This document shows, in pieces, positions 29,591 to 44,232 of a DNA stretch of 64,000 bases. Origin of the DNA: Entomortierella parvispora E1425 (taxonomy: Eukaryota > Fungi > Mortierellomycota); assembly GCA_020891255.1 (NCBI GenBank), contig BQFW01000013.1:1-64000 (forward strand), read 5' to 3'. Numbering within the stretch: position 1 is the stretch's first letter; each line of letters starts with the position of its first letter. A program made the position numbers and the translations under genes. Below the pieces are notes generated by a model. The model was not told where the DNA came from and searched no databases. It worked only from the letters and a program-made list of their open reading frames with translations.

Positions 29591-29805
29591 CAGATCTGCG
29601 CGTGAAACCCCGTAAAAAAAAAAGAGAAAACCACTGTACGGTCAGTTCACAATGATCAGACCAGGGTCGCTTTCGATATCACCAAGGCGATACTAAGGTT
29701 CAAAAACAGATGAATACGAATGGCTATAGCATTTACAAAGCGAACCTCTGGGACAAAAAAATAGTTTTATGAATGGGAACTTCTGTAAAGCATGAAGTAA
29801 CTGTC

Positions 29806-31971
<2,166 letters not shown>

Positions 31972-32595
31972 TGTTTGAAAGTGGGCGGGATGTGGAGAGA
32001 CGTGAACGATTTGAGAGGATATAGCGAGCGAGATAGGATCGAGTTGATGTATGTCGTAAGAGAGTATGTGTCAAAAGATTGAAGTGGAAGGCGATGTCAG
32101 TGGTGCAGGCGCAGGTACAGGGGGGGGCAAGCAATAGGATTAGAAGGAGTTGTAGAGTGGGTAATAGCCAAGGTGGTCTCCTTCCAACGGTGCTCCAGGA
32201 GAGAACGACAGACAAAAGGTTCGAACGTGGGTACAAGGATGAAAGTAAGAAAAGAGAAGGTGAAGGGAGAGAAAGGGCCAGAAAGATGGCTTCATGGTTT
32301 CCAACACTGTCGATAGAAAACAAATGGTAGCGATGACAAGCCAGTATGGAATGGATGCCTTCATCATTGAGCAGGCGAACAAGGCCTCAAGGATTATTTT
32401 TATCAGCACGGAGGGATATGTTTGCAAGGAGGCGCGTAGTTGTTCGACATGTCTCCTGGTAAAGGCCATCTGTTTGGGATCCGTGTTTCTGCTTCTTTAC
32501 CCATTAAACATTAAAGTCTTTGTCCACTTTAGTCCCCTTGTATCCTGCGTGCTCGTGCTCAGAGTGCTCTTTCGAGACTTTTGTATTTGCAAAAA

Positions 32596-33640
32596 CTACC
32601 AAGCTAATTTCTTTTGTTCGTTGAAGCTCCCGTCCATAGAGCCTCGGTAGAGATCGCGAATCACCTCTCCGCGCTCGATCGTTGTCTCCACAATGGCCTG
32701 CGCATGGCAGGGGTCCACCCGACCATACCATACGGCCATACCTTCGCGTCTGTGGACAATTACGTTTCCTGCAAGTTTGTGTCCTTTGTATCATATAAAA
32801 AAAATAAAAAAAAAGAGGCCCGTGGTTGGTCAGTCTGTGCGACAAGGCATGCTTTGGAGCATGAGATCATTTTCTGTCTTTCTTACCACCAATATGACTG
32901 ACAAGCCAAATCTCGACATCCCGGTCAGAATCGCCCAGGATATCTTTTGACCTTAGAACCCGCTTGAACTCCTTGTTGAGGAAGGGTGCGGTGACGCCAC
33001 AACGTTTGTCCCTCCGCTTATGTGAGCAAAGCATAACCACGGCCTTTGGCAGTAACGGACGAACGACAAAGGTGGTTTTTCCTGATCGAACCTCCCGAGA
33101 CGTCTCTGTAGCGTCATTCGTGGCCCCAAATGGACCTTGTCCAACCTCTGACTTCAGGAATGCTTCAAAAAAGTCGTCGCACTGTTCTGGGGTCACATTG
33201 TCAATGAGGAGCTGGTCTGGGAGCACGCACACCTGCCAGCCTGGTCCGTCCCAAGTCTCTGCCTTCCTGGAAGAGTTTGTCAACATGATCCTCGGTACAT
33301 CGCCTCCACTGGACTCCCTCTGTCGTCGCTGACCCTCGGCTATGGCTCTGGAGAGATGAGGAGCCAGAGAATCTTTGTCGTCCTCAATATGTCCTTCCCA
33401 ATCGTCCTTGCCGGTGGAGATGAGAACATGACGTGTGTAGGGCTTGACAGAGAACAGCAATGGTTTTTCCCGGTTGATTTTCAAATAGGACGGATAATGG
33501 GGATGATCCTCATCTGCACACGGACTGGAGCAAGCATGACAATCCGCCAGCGAGACGAAAGGGGAGGCAGATAGGTCGACCTCCTCGATGCCAAATGCGA
33601 CCTTCTTCGCCTTGAGAAGCATGCCTTGCACAAAGTTCAT
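32596..33640 (-). CDS. APD1: Apd1/Aim32-family thioredoxin-like 2Fe-2S ferredoxin (sucrase/ferredoxin-like); intron 32886-32784
   Basis: CHACSSPC, VKPYTRHVLISTGKDDW, CSHKRRDKRCGVTAP, VSHIGG|HKLAGNVI, WYGRV. Confidence 0.9.
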
Positions 33641-34089
33641 CTTGTTGAGAAACGGTAGAGGGGAGAGGTGAATGGGAATGACAAGGATGAAGTGAATGAG
33701 AACAACAAATGAATGAGAGGAAAACAAAGAGATGGCCTGAAGCTTTTTTAAGGCCGACCGCACAAATGTTTATCCTCCCACGTTGCCAGCAGGGACGCGC
33801 TACTGCGCTGTACGACCAGTCAAGATTGCCAAGATCTCCCCCTCAGCACCTGTTCAAGAAAGGAAATTATGAGTCCGCTGCGCCTGCGGGTCACTCGCTA
33901 CCTTTCTATGTCAAGATCCAGGACAACGAAGGACGCGTCCTGATGACCTAGACCCCTTGTAGATAGTCCATTACACCCCTTTTCAAGGTCACAGCTATGA
34001 AAAAAAATGGGTAGTGCTGTATTGGACAAATATGCTTGGAGATTTGTTGTATCATTGCGATCGTGGCCAGTTTGCTATCTGATATCCGT

Positions 34090-36757
34090 TTATGACTGGG
34101 TCCATTCGTAGAGAGTGTTGCCTGTAGTGTAAAGCATGGTCAGACACCCAAATACGAACAACATCACATCAAAGACACGCGACTTCCTGTTGGGATGGGT
34201 CTTGTAATGGAACATGGCTGGGAAGATGTAGGCCAAAGGAATGCCTAGCACCGTCAAAAAAAGTATCGCTTGTCAGCATTCAATTTCAGATCAATCAAAA
34301 CAAAAGGGATTGTCATCTACAATGTTACTTACAGGCCACGGATCCAACAATGGAGACAAACTTGTCGAGATCATCGCCTGCCCAGATAGCAATGGCAGCG
34401 CAGAGCAGCAAAGACAAGGTTCTGAAAAAGTTCTTTTCCCACTTGACCAGGTTGTTGTGCTTGCCTGAGCGGGTGAAGATGCCGTTCTCCATAATACGGA
34501 TGGCTGGGAAGAGCTGCAGAGGAATGGAAAGCATGATGGCGATCGAGTAAAGAGCCTGGACTGATTGAACCAAATGACTCTGTTGAGGCAAGTTGAGGAG
34601 AACAACCGTTTGGGTCTTTGATCCGAAGGCTGCATAAGATAGAGCTCCAAGGGATGTAAAGAGAACGGTGATACCGATCATGACTCCGGTCAGGACCTTT
34701 GGAAACTTTTCTGGCTCCTTCATAGACTCTGTGATGGGAATGATCAATCCAATGCCCTCGAACGTGAAGACTATAAACCCAAAGCAAAAAAGAAAATATA
34801 TAGGTAAGAAGTTGTGATCTAGATACATGCGAATGTTGCCGAGGCACAGGGGTATTTACCAGCAGTTCCGATAAAGAGGGCAAAATCCTTGGGGTTGAAC
34901 AGGACGACATCGCTCAGGCCGTTGGTAGAGAGCGTAAAGATCTAGGGGAGCAGAGACCGGTTAATGATCTGGGTTCAGGCTCCAAAGCAAGAAAGGCAAG
35001 AGAGTGACGGAGGGACAAGCCGCAGAGAGAAGAGAATACTTACATCAAAGTAGTACATGTAGATCAATCCAAAGCAGATGAAAACATCTGCGACAACTGC
35101 AGTGAAGGAGAGGCGAGCAATGTTGCGGATCTAAGAGGAAAAGTATAGGTATGAGGTTAGAACATGTCGGGGGAAACAATAACAGGCTCAGGGGACTCTC
35201 CAATATCCTACCAGTGCCAAAGGGATAAATACGATGAGCTGAATCAGGACAAAGAAGTAGGAAGGGTACATGTCTGTGGAACTGACGACATTCTTGGCCA
35301 ATGCTTCCAAGTTGGTGGCCACAAAACTCATATAGGCGCACACAAATCCGATCTGTGAAATTGCAATTGCAAAGAGGACGGACAGTCGCATGTATGGGCC
35401 GTAAAGATGTCCTCCAATATCACCAAAGGATGCAGGTACGACTTGGCGCGACTCGACCAACAGCAAGAAAGAGAACAGCGAAATAGCCGCAATGGCGACC
35501 AAGAAAACCGAAGAGAAGAGAATTCCGCCATTGTTGAACCTATAGACAGGCAAACACAAAAGTTGTCAACAAAGACCAGGTCAGCATCGTTTCTCACAGT
35601 CGATCCTATATGAGTGTGAGAGAGAAGAGAATCGGGATTCATCCTGGTGACTTTCTTACGCTTTGGGCAAGAACATGATGCCGGTGCCGACAAACGACTT
35701 CAAGAGCAAGAAGACAGCTTTGGCGGGTGTAGCATCGCCCTGAGGAGCCTGCTGCGATTTGGGGAGGAGAGGAGTAGCCTCTGTGCGAGAGCCAGATCCC
35801 GATCCTGAGCCCTGGCCTTCGGCCTCTTCCTCCTCGTCATAAACTGCCCGTTCAAAATCGCCTCCTTCCTCGTCATCCAGGTCCTCTCCTGCAAAATGAC
35901 CGTACATGGCCAAGAAGTCAATGAAGCTCTTTGTGAACACGTTGGCCTGACGCCCGTGAGCCTCGGCCTTCATGATCATGTGGTAACGCCTCATGCCGCC
36001 TGGCTGCTTCAATGCCGAGACGGAGGGTTCCATGGGCCGGGGCAGATGAAATGAGCGGGATCGGCCTAGTTTGGAATGGTGTTTGGTCTAGAGTCGTTAG
36101 TTTGTTTTTGAAGAGGCAGCTGTCAATTCTTGCTGTGAAGGGACATTGCTTACCACGGCGATTCTGTTCATTCTCCTGGTCAGCCTGCCATTTGTAGACA
36201 TCGCGAGTGATGGCACCTCCAGGGAGCTTGAAGGCTGTTGTATAGTCGACCACGTCAGAGGAGCCGCCATCACCGTTGGCACTCGCTGCTCCATCAGAAG
36301 GACCGTTGCGTTCAGAGTCAAGGCTATCACGAGAGGGCGAGTTGAGGACAAGATGCTTCTTGATGACCTTGGAGGCCTCGTCAGCAGGAATGTCGACGAT
36401 CGAGTTGATGGAGTCCATGTGAGGGTTGCCGACATAGCTGCCCTGGATGCTGTTGCTGCTGCTGCTGTCAAGACCGCTGCGGTAGTTGTTTGCCGGCTCT
36501 ATGGAGGCGCCATTATCATCAGGGCGATAGTTTTGCAAGGTCGAAGGCGATCTCCAGGATGACGAAGGCGTCTGGCTGTCACCGTGGATGCTGGAGTTAC
36601 TGCCGCGAGAAGCTGGGCGACCAAAGAAGGGGGGGATCGAGGGAGAAGAGGAAAGGAGCCTGGTCGTGGCCTCGCGACTGGGCGAAGACGAGAGAAGCTC
36701 CTGGGATGGTCGCCCCTCCGGGTTAAGGTGGTGGACGGGTCTTGGAGGAGTGGCCAT
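34090..36757 (-). CDS. AVT3: Vacuolar amino-acid transporter, Avt3/Avt4 family (multi-exon)
   Basis: N-terminal LPGGAITRDVYKW, FIDFLAMYGHFAGEDL, AVFLLLKSFVGTGIMFLPKA, FTFEGIGLIIPI, YSIAIMLSIPLQLFPAIRIME, DLDKFVSIVGSVAC. Confidence 0.92.
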
Positions 36758-37651
36758 TCGATTGGTACGAGGCGTGGAGAAGGGAAAAGGAAAGGAAGGG
36801 ATGAGGAGAAGAAGAAGGAAAAGTCAAAGAGGGAATGAAACAATGAAACAATAATGAAAGTGGATGGGCAGCAAAGAAGGACAGATCTAGAAGTCAACAA
36901 GACGAGGATGAACTACAATGAAACAATGGACACAGGCGGGGGCGCAAATGAATGGAGGCAAGGGACAATGAAGAGAGGGGAGAGATGGAGAGATGGAGAG
37001 ATGGAGAGATGGAGAAAAGAGAATGGGGAGCGGAAGGCAGGGAAGGACAAAAGAAGGAAAAGAGAAGAGAAAGAGAACAAAAGGGACAATTGAAAGAGAC
37101 ATCCACACACACACAGAGAGAGAAGAGACACATCCAGACACATCCACACCATCCAGGCAGACACACACACCACATCGCACCCGCTTTTGGAAGGCATGGA
37201 AGAGCAAACAACGGACATACTGTATGTTGCATGGTATACATGGCCATCCAACCGACTCTTCTGGGCACTTTACTTTCGCACGCCCCAGCCATGACACTGT
37301 CTGTGCTTCTGTCCAATAATTGCTCTTTCCCGCTCTCTCTTTCTTTCTTTCTTTCTTTCTCTCTATTTTTTTTTTTTTTTTTTTTTGCTCCATCCAGCAG
37401 CTCCGCTCCTTCTTCCTTCTGTGGGCTGGTGCAATCATCATCAACATCGTAAGCACAGTGTCCCTGCCTGCCCGCCTGCCCGCCTGCCTGCCTGCGTGCC
37501 TGCCTGCTCGGTCCGCACCTCGTCTCTCGCTCCTGCTATATAGATCTCTGTCGTTGTGGATGTTGGTGAATGTGGTGAATGTGAGATGTGGTGAATGTGA
37601 GATGTGTATATTTAATTTTTTGAAAAAAAAACTATTGCATCGCTTCTCAAC

Positions 37652-38707
37652 CTAGTCTCGGTGAGAAACCTGGACGCCCTTGTAGTTGCGGACTTCCCAC
37701 TCCGTGTCCTTGAGAAGGAATCGATACCAGATGGGGACCAGTGGGATCGTTGCGGCATGCCACAGCGAATGCGCGTCCAAAATGCCCCAAAGAGGAGCAA
37801 AGTCTAATACCTCGAGACACATGGCCGACGTGATCAAGGCCGCGGACACTGTCGGTTCCCAGGCATAGGGTCGATCTCTCCAGTGCTTGATACTCCATCC
37901 AATCCAAAGCAAGTTGTGAATGGCGCCCACCGTTGCCGTCGCTGCCATGTTGTAACCATAATCAAAGTGAACAAAACCAAGGTAGCTGATATGAAGCAGC
38001 AGCGGGATGAGGCATACAAGGCCCCAGAGGAACTGCGTGCGTTGGTTGACAATGTGGAGGATACGAATGACCGTGTAATAGAGACCGTATGTGATGGCGG
38101 CGCCTGCTGAGAAGTAGTCGAGCTTTTCCGTGCTGGGCCAGTCGCGAGCATGGTACACCGCTGACCAAAGCCAAGTATTCATACCCACGAGGGCGTATCC
38201 CAGGTAGAAAGGTCGGAGGTAGTAGGATTCGGGGATAACGCGCTTGAGCATTGGCCAAGCGCGGACGTGCATGTAGCCATTGAGGAGTGAGAAGAGGACT
38301 GACGCTGGCTCTTGCATACCCAACATCCTGTAGAAAGGCCATTTGCCGTGATATTGGTGGACGGGTTCGTTCTTAAGTAGGGCCACCTCTGTGATGGCCT
38401 GCATGCACAAGTAGCGGCAATTGTCGACGCAGCTCCACTGGAGGAGTCGCTGCGATAGCGATCCTTCTCTGACCTCAAGTTGCTCGGTCGTGAGAGCTGC
38501 GATAGAGGCGGGGCTGGTGGGTTGGCAAATGTCCCTGTCGCAGTCGGCAACGCAGCTTTGGTACGACTCCTGCCTGTCTCCGGAGGATGCTGCCACAAGG
38601 GAGAAAGACACGCAGGCCACGACGGCTGCAAGAGCAAAGAGGAGTGGCCTTTGAAGCCGATGGCGTGTTGGCGATTGCGACATTGTGTCCAGAGTCGGCG
38701 GCGACAT
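37652..38707 (-). CDS. PER1: Per1/PGAP3 GPI-anchor remodelling protein, intronless
   Basis: Signal peptide then ASSGDR..YQSC; QYHGKWPFYRMLGMQEPASVLFS; HARDWPSTEKLDYFSA; DAHSLWH. Confidence 0.95.
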   Translation of the reverse strand: MSPPTLDTMSQSPTRHRLQRPLLFALAAVVACVSFSLVAASSGDRQESYQSCVADCDRDICQPTSPASIAALTTEQLEVREGSLSQRLLQWSCVDNCRYLCMQAITEVALLKNEPVHQYHGKWPFYRMLGMQEPASVLFSLLNGYMHVRAWPMLKRVIPESYYLRPFYLGYALVGMNTWLWSAVYHARDWPSTEKLDYFSAGAAITYGLYYTVIRILHIVNQRTQFLWGLVCLIPLLLHISYLGFVHFDYGYNMAATATVGAIHNLLWIGWSIKHWRDRPYAWEPTVSAALITSAMCLEVLDFAPLWGILDAHSLWHAATIPLVPIWYRFLLKDTEWEVRNYKGVQVSHRD

Positions 38708-39122
38708 GACGTTGGGATGAAGACTGGATGGATTAGATGGAATGAGGAGAAAAGAAAAAGAGAAGAAAGAATGGAAATGATGCATGCATGATCCCGAGCT
38801 CGGAAGAGGATTCATCCGCCCCTGGGCGTCATTCGTCGTCTCTGTGCTCATCGTCTCATCGTCGCCGCGTCCGCCGAGCGACCCAGCCGACTGCCAGACT
38901 GCCACGCCACCACAAGCCCGGGGCTCGACAAGCCTGTTGTCGTGTCAATCGTTATCGGGACTGTTTTTGTTTTTTTTGGCTGGACGCCAAATTTTCACAC
39001 TCCCATGATACATTGGTCATCATCGTCAGGACTACGCTCGTTCGCTTCTTCATCCCCAACTTTTCGAACTTTGCAACCTTTTCACCTTCTCTCTTGTCTT
39101 TCACCCTCACCCTCCATTCACC

Positions 39123-40317
39123 ATGTCATCAGAGGATTCACAGTCGCCTATTAACGTCGCCATTGTCGGCTTTGGCATGAGTGCGCAAGGTAATTTATCA
39201 TCGGCTTTATTGAAACTTTCCCAGGCGTTGACGTGCTGACAGAGTCGTTATCTTGCCGTTATTTGATGCTGCGCAACTAGTCTTCCATGCCCCCCTCGTC
39301 TCCACGACCCCAGGCATGCGACTTGCAGCCTTTGTCAATCGATCTGGCTCAACAGCAACCCTTACTCAAAAGTATCCCGATGCTGCTGTGTTTGCCTCGC
39401 TTGATCAACTCCTCTTGGATCCTTCAATCCATCTCGTTGTTATCACTACGCCAAACACGCTCCACCATATCCAGGCCCGTCAAGCACTGGAAGCCGGCAA
39501 GCACGTCGTCGTGGAAAAGCCCTTCACCATCACCTTTGAACAGGCCATGGAGCTCGCCAAGTTTGCGAAATCCCAGTCCCTTGTCCTCTCCGTTTTCCAC
39601 AATCGTCGCTGGGATGCCGACTTTCTCACCGTTCAAAAGCTTGTCCAGGCCCAAAAGTCCACACTTGGCCGTGTTGTCTCCTTTGAGTCTCGTTTCGATC
39701 GGTTCCGAAACTTTAGCAAGAATGGCTGGAGAGAAACTGGTCTGGTGGAAGAGGGATCGGGAGTTCTTTATGACTTATGTTCTCACCTTCTGGACCAGGC
39801 CCTGGTGCTTTTCGGCGAGCCAGAGTCTGTGACGGCCCATGTCTCCAACCAACGTCAGCTTGCATCCTCTCAAGTGGATGATCAGTTTTTGGTCCATCTT
39901 GATTACAAGGACGGTCTCCGCTGCACTCTTGGAGCTGGCATGCTCGCCAGGATTCCCACACCTCGATTCAGGCTGACAGGAATGAATGGCTCATATGTCA
40001 AGTACGGTCTGGATGTGCAGGAAAATCAGCTCAAGGAAGGTCTCACGCCCAAGAATGGATCGTACGGAGTGGAGAAAGAAGAACACTGGGGAGACCTTGA
40101 TACTCTGCTGGATGTTGAGGGAACTCAGATTCATATCAAGGGTAAAGTTGACACCGAGCAAGGAAGCTACGGATCTTTTTACAAAAACGTACAGGGTGCT
40201 ATTCAGCAAACAGAGAAGCTCGCAGTGACCGCAGAGCAGGCAGCCTGGGTCATTCATGGAATCCAACTTGCGATCAAGAGCTCTGAATCTGGACAGCGTA
40301 TTTCTTGGAGTCAATAG
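39123..40317 (+). CDS. Gfo/Idh/MocA-family NAD(P)-dependent oxidoreductase (YdgJ/IolW-like); intron 39190-39280
   Basis: NVAIVGFGMSAQ|VFHAPL, TPNTLH, GKHVVVEKP, FHNRRWDADFLTV, FESRFDRFR, GSGVLYDLCSHLLDQA. Confidence 0.92.
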
Positions 40318-40476
40318 GTACTTGCCATTGTGTTGCTGGATCAATAAAACTCTCATGGGCCCTGAAGCTGGACAGCTGGGCCATGAACTGGTGTAGCTGT
40401 TGGCTGTTCATCTTTTTTTTTTATCCCTAGCAATATCCAGCGCGATGTCGTGGGAAACGCCACCAATATATAAGTT

Positions 40477-40520
40477 CACGTGATCAAAAGTCACGTGTAA
40501 GGTTCGAATGGTGTCACGTG
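40477..40520. promoter_or_regulatory. Cluster of three TCACGTG E-boxes upstream of tRNA-Val
   Basis: CACGTG at 40477, 40492 and 40515, each preceded by T. Confidence 0.55.
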
Positions 40521-40568
40521 ATAATCTACGAATTTCATGCGACCGAAATTCCAATTGGCATAGCATTC

Positions 40569-40642
40569 GTTTGTATGGTGTAGTTGGTTATCACGTCTGT
40601 CTAACACACAGACGGTCCTCGGTTCAAGTCCGAGTACAAACA
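40569..40642 (+). tRNA. tRNA-Val(AAC), 74 nt, intronless
   Basis: Acceptor GTTTGTA/TACAAAC, D arm GTG..CAC, anticodon arm TCTGT-CT AAC AC-ACAGA, T arm CTCGG-TTCAAGT-CCGAG, downstream T-run terminator. Confidence 0.97.
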
Positions 40643-41074
40643 CTCTTTTGCTTCTTTCCTCGGTTTTCCATTTTTTCCTCGAAGTGACAGCCAGACAGAT
40701 GTCAACTCCTGATCTTTTCTCTTTTCTTTTTCTTCTTCCTTCCTTTGCCACCCACTTCCTCTTTTACGCCCCATCCTTGTCAAGATAGCGTCTTCTTTGC
40801 CCCTTTCGCCTCTGTTTTCTCCCACCGTGCAGACGACAAACTACAGGAAGGACTACAATAGCTTCGTTGACTTTTTGATCTGCTCTACCCGCTCAAGAGA
40901 TCCAGACAAGTTTGCAATCAAACACTGCTGCGGGATTCATTATTCCATCGGTCCATCGAACCCATCGCTTTCTTTCCTTTCCTTTCCTTTCCTTCAATCG
41001 ATCCCAAGAACGACAGAAAGCAGTTTAATCGAGAGCGAGTTCCTTCGGCCTCGGTTGTGTTGATCCCCTCACCA

Positions 41075-44034
41075 ATGAGCCTTCGCCATCCTCATCAGGC
41101 TCTGCAACCCCATCGGTCCGATCTTTCGTCTTCTCGAGCTGTTGAGGCTGTTACCTCCCAACCAGACAGCGCTGACGCGAGCGCTATCGATCGCTCCACA
41201 TTTAGGACTCCAAGCGAAGAGACCTTCATACGTTCCACAGCTCCTGCCCGTCACTCCAACGACTTTCTCAAGGATACTCAGCCAAATCAGGGAGGAATTG
41301 AACAGGAGGGAGCATCGGGAGACCAGCGCAGCAAGGAGCCGCTCGGGGCTACATCTCTCCCTGAGGGTAGCCCGGAGCCAGAGTCAACATCACCATGGGC
41401 TCGCTTAGCAGCACAAGGACAGGACCATCTGCGGCTATTCTTTGCTATGCACCACAAACTGTTTGACCTTGTCGCTTTCTACGTCGTCATGTTTGCCATC
41501 AACGGCCAAATGACTTCGCTCCCCACACGACTTGAATGGATCGGCTTTTGTGTGCAGTCGATTGTGGCTCTGCGTAGGGCCTTCCAGACATCCATCAAGC
41601 ATGGCTTAGGGCTGACCTCATTCCTTGGCATGCTGGATCTGCTTGTTGGGCAGCTGTTTCTTCATCAGGACCGACTGGGACTCTTGCCGACTGTTGCCAA
41701 CATTCTGGTGTATTTTTATGTCATCAATCTCACTCGCGGTCTTGTTTTTGGCGACTCTGTGTCATGTTTACTTTGGTTCCTCTTTGGCCTCGTCGACATT
41801 TACCGCCGCGATTCATCGACAGCCTCCATTATCGACTTGACGCCGTACAGGGTTATCCCCGTGCACACTGTCGGTTTTGGACTCTACATTCTCATGTCCG
41901 AGCTGGTGGATGTAATGCTCCAGAGCGCAGAGTCCGACCAGGCACAAGGACGATACCTTAACTATGCTGGAGCACAAAAGCAAAACCCTGTATCCATTAG
42001 GTAAATGCAGCTGTCCAGGAACTTTTTTGATTCATTTGCATGCAGTATAGCTTGATACTCACTTTTTTTACCTTTCTGAAATGACAGAACATCAAGGAGA
42101 TCTATGGCCCCCTCATCTTCAGATGTATCAAGCAACCTTAGATTTGAGCTCTGCATCACGGAGATCACTCCCTACACGGTGTCATTTTGTCTCAATGCAC
42201 TTTCGGATGCTCCTTCGCCTGCCGAATCAAATATGGAAAACTCAAAGGACGATGCCCTTCTATCCAAAACATCGGACAGTGTGGACGTTTCCAGCATCAA
42301 AGTCAGTTCGGCCGCTGGTCTTTCTTCGGGATCTTCTGGATCCGGATCCAAATCAGCAAAGTCAACCTCAACACCAAAAATTATTTCAACGTCTGATATC
42401 GTCATCCATGTCAACTACATTCCTTGGCGGGAAGTCCAATATCATTTTCCGGATGAGCAGAGCTTTACGCTTTATGGTCTCACTCCTTCTACGGATTACG
42501 AGATAGAGATGAAAGTGCACCAGTTTTCAAGTTTTGTAACAAGAGTGGGAACACGAGCAGCACCACGTACGTAACATCTCTGTTTCTGTTGGGATATATT
42601 TTTACCAAGCGACCATGTTGACGCAGATAACTAATATCTTCTTCGTCATCTCTTTCACTTATAGCTGGGACGACGCACGCTCCATCATTATTTGAAAAAA
42701 CCCCCAAACTTCTAGAAGGCTCCACCAAAGGCCAAAAAAATCGCAAAGCCAAAAAAAATCAGAGGAGCCAAAAGAGTGGCCAGGACAAGGAGGCTGGCAA
42801 ATCCAAGAAGCAAGTAGGCAACGTATCCGATAATAGAACGGCATCCCCGTCGAACGAACACTTTTCGCTTCTGGCACGTTCAGAACTCGATTTGACTGTT
42901 TCCGCAGAATCTTGCCAAAACGGGATGGAGGGTATCTCAGAGCCTGGAGAGAATGGCGCTCAGCTATGTCCGGAGCAGATCCTCATAAAAGAATTGCAGG
43001 CGTCAATTCAGGCATCAATCGATGCAGCCAACTCTACCAGGGCCACACTCAAAAAGCTGAAACGCGACCAAGTTAAGGCAGAGGCATTAATGAAGCAGGA
43101 GCTGGAGGGTATCGGACGCGCACAAGCCAAAGCTGCCATTCAAGACCAGAAACGGCGACAAAAACTGTCTTTTTTGCAGGAGTCTATCAAGCAGACGGAT
43201 GCCCAGGCTGCTTCCCTACAGGATGAGATAAAAGATCTTCGTTCTGCAACACTTTCAACTGGACCTGAGGCAGATGATCTGGCTGAGGCTATTGAATCGC
43301 TGGAGCGTCAAATCTCTACATCCGAGTCTCAACATCGATCCGAATTATCTCCAATTCAAACTGAGTCCGAGCATCTGGAGACAGAGACAAAGAGGCTTGA
43401 GGCCGAGCGACTGAGTTGGTTGTCAAAGGCGACGCAGCTACAGGAAACTGAAATTGCACCGTTGCAACTGCGACTTCAACGACTCGAGCAGCAACAGATT
43501 GTGTGGCAGGTTGCAGCGGAAGCCAACAAGGAAAAAGACAGAGAAGTTGCTTCACGGATTGCAATTCTTGAGAAAAAGAGCCGTTCAAAAACTGCTGGTT
43601 CCCACGAAATAGAGAAGTCGATCCAGGATCTGAGGGACACCAACGCACTTATCCAGGAATCTATTGACAGGGAGATGGAGACATGGGATTCTCTGGATCG
43701 AGAATCTAGCGAGCTCCAGCACCTATCGAATTCAACACTACTTCCTCCCCTCTACTCGGACGACTCTTCTGTTCATGAATCCCACCCTTGGTTCTCAAAT
43801 TCCGGTCGCATTGGGTCAGAGCGGGATGTTTGGCTTTATCCTGAATCAAATGGCTTAGAAGGGTCCATCTCCCTGCGACCATCACAGTCGAGAACGTCCA
43901 GTGACCTCAGCTCTCGATCGCCAAGTATCCCATGGCCTACAGCATCTTCAGGATCCGTATTGGAAAGCTCCAAGTCGGGTCGTGCAAGAGGGGTGTCTGT
44001 GTCTCTGTCGGAGGCGTCGTTTCCTGAAAAATAA
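41075..44034 (+). CDS. Uncharacterised multi-pass membrane protein with FN3-like domain and long coiled coil; introns 42001-42087, 42567-42664
   Basis: Splicing joins ORFs 41057, 42104 and 42892 in one frame. There are 4-6 hydrophobic segments, an FN3 signature FTLYGLTPSTDYEIEMKV, and a heptad-rich region (LIKELQASIQ...LQLRLQRLEQ). Confidence 0.7.
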
Positions 44035-44232
44035 AAACAAAAAAAAAATCCTGCCCTCTTGCGCCTCCAGCAGCCTCAGTTGATCGCTCCATGTTATGCA
44101 TTGCGCCCCCAGAAGGCTGCGGCTCTCCTATAATGAAACAAGACTCGCGTACAAAAAGGCGGAGGTTTGTTTGGTGGCCACTTGCTTCTTGACCTCTCCT
44201 TCCCACTATTCAGTCATCCCTTGAGCTTCGTC

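Noticed and set aside
32140-32469. Hydrophobic ORF (MMKASIPYWLVIATICFL...) as an upstream ADAM exon or small secreted protein
   Set aside because: It runs into a CT-rich promoter-like tract, has no protease motifs, and the ADAM-like gene already has its own signal peptide at 31971.
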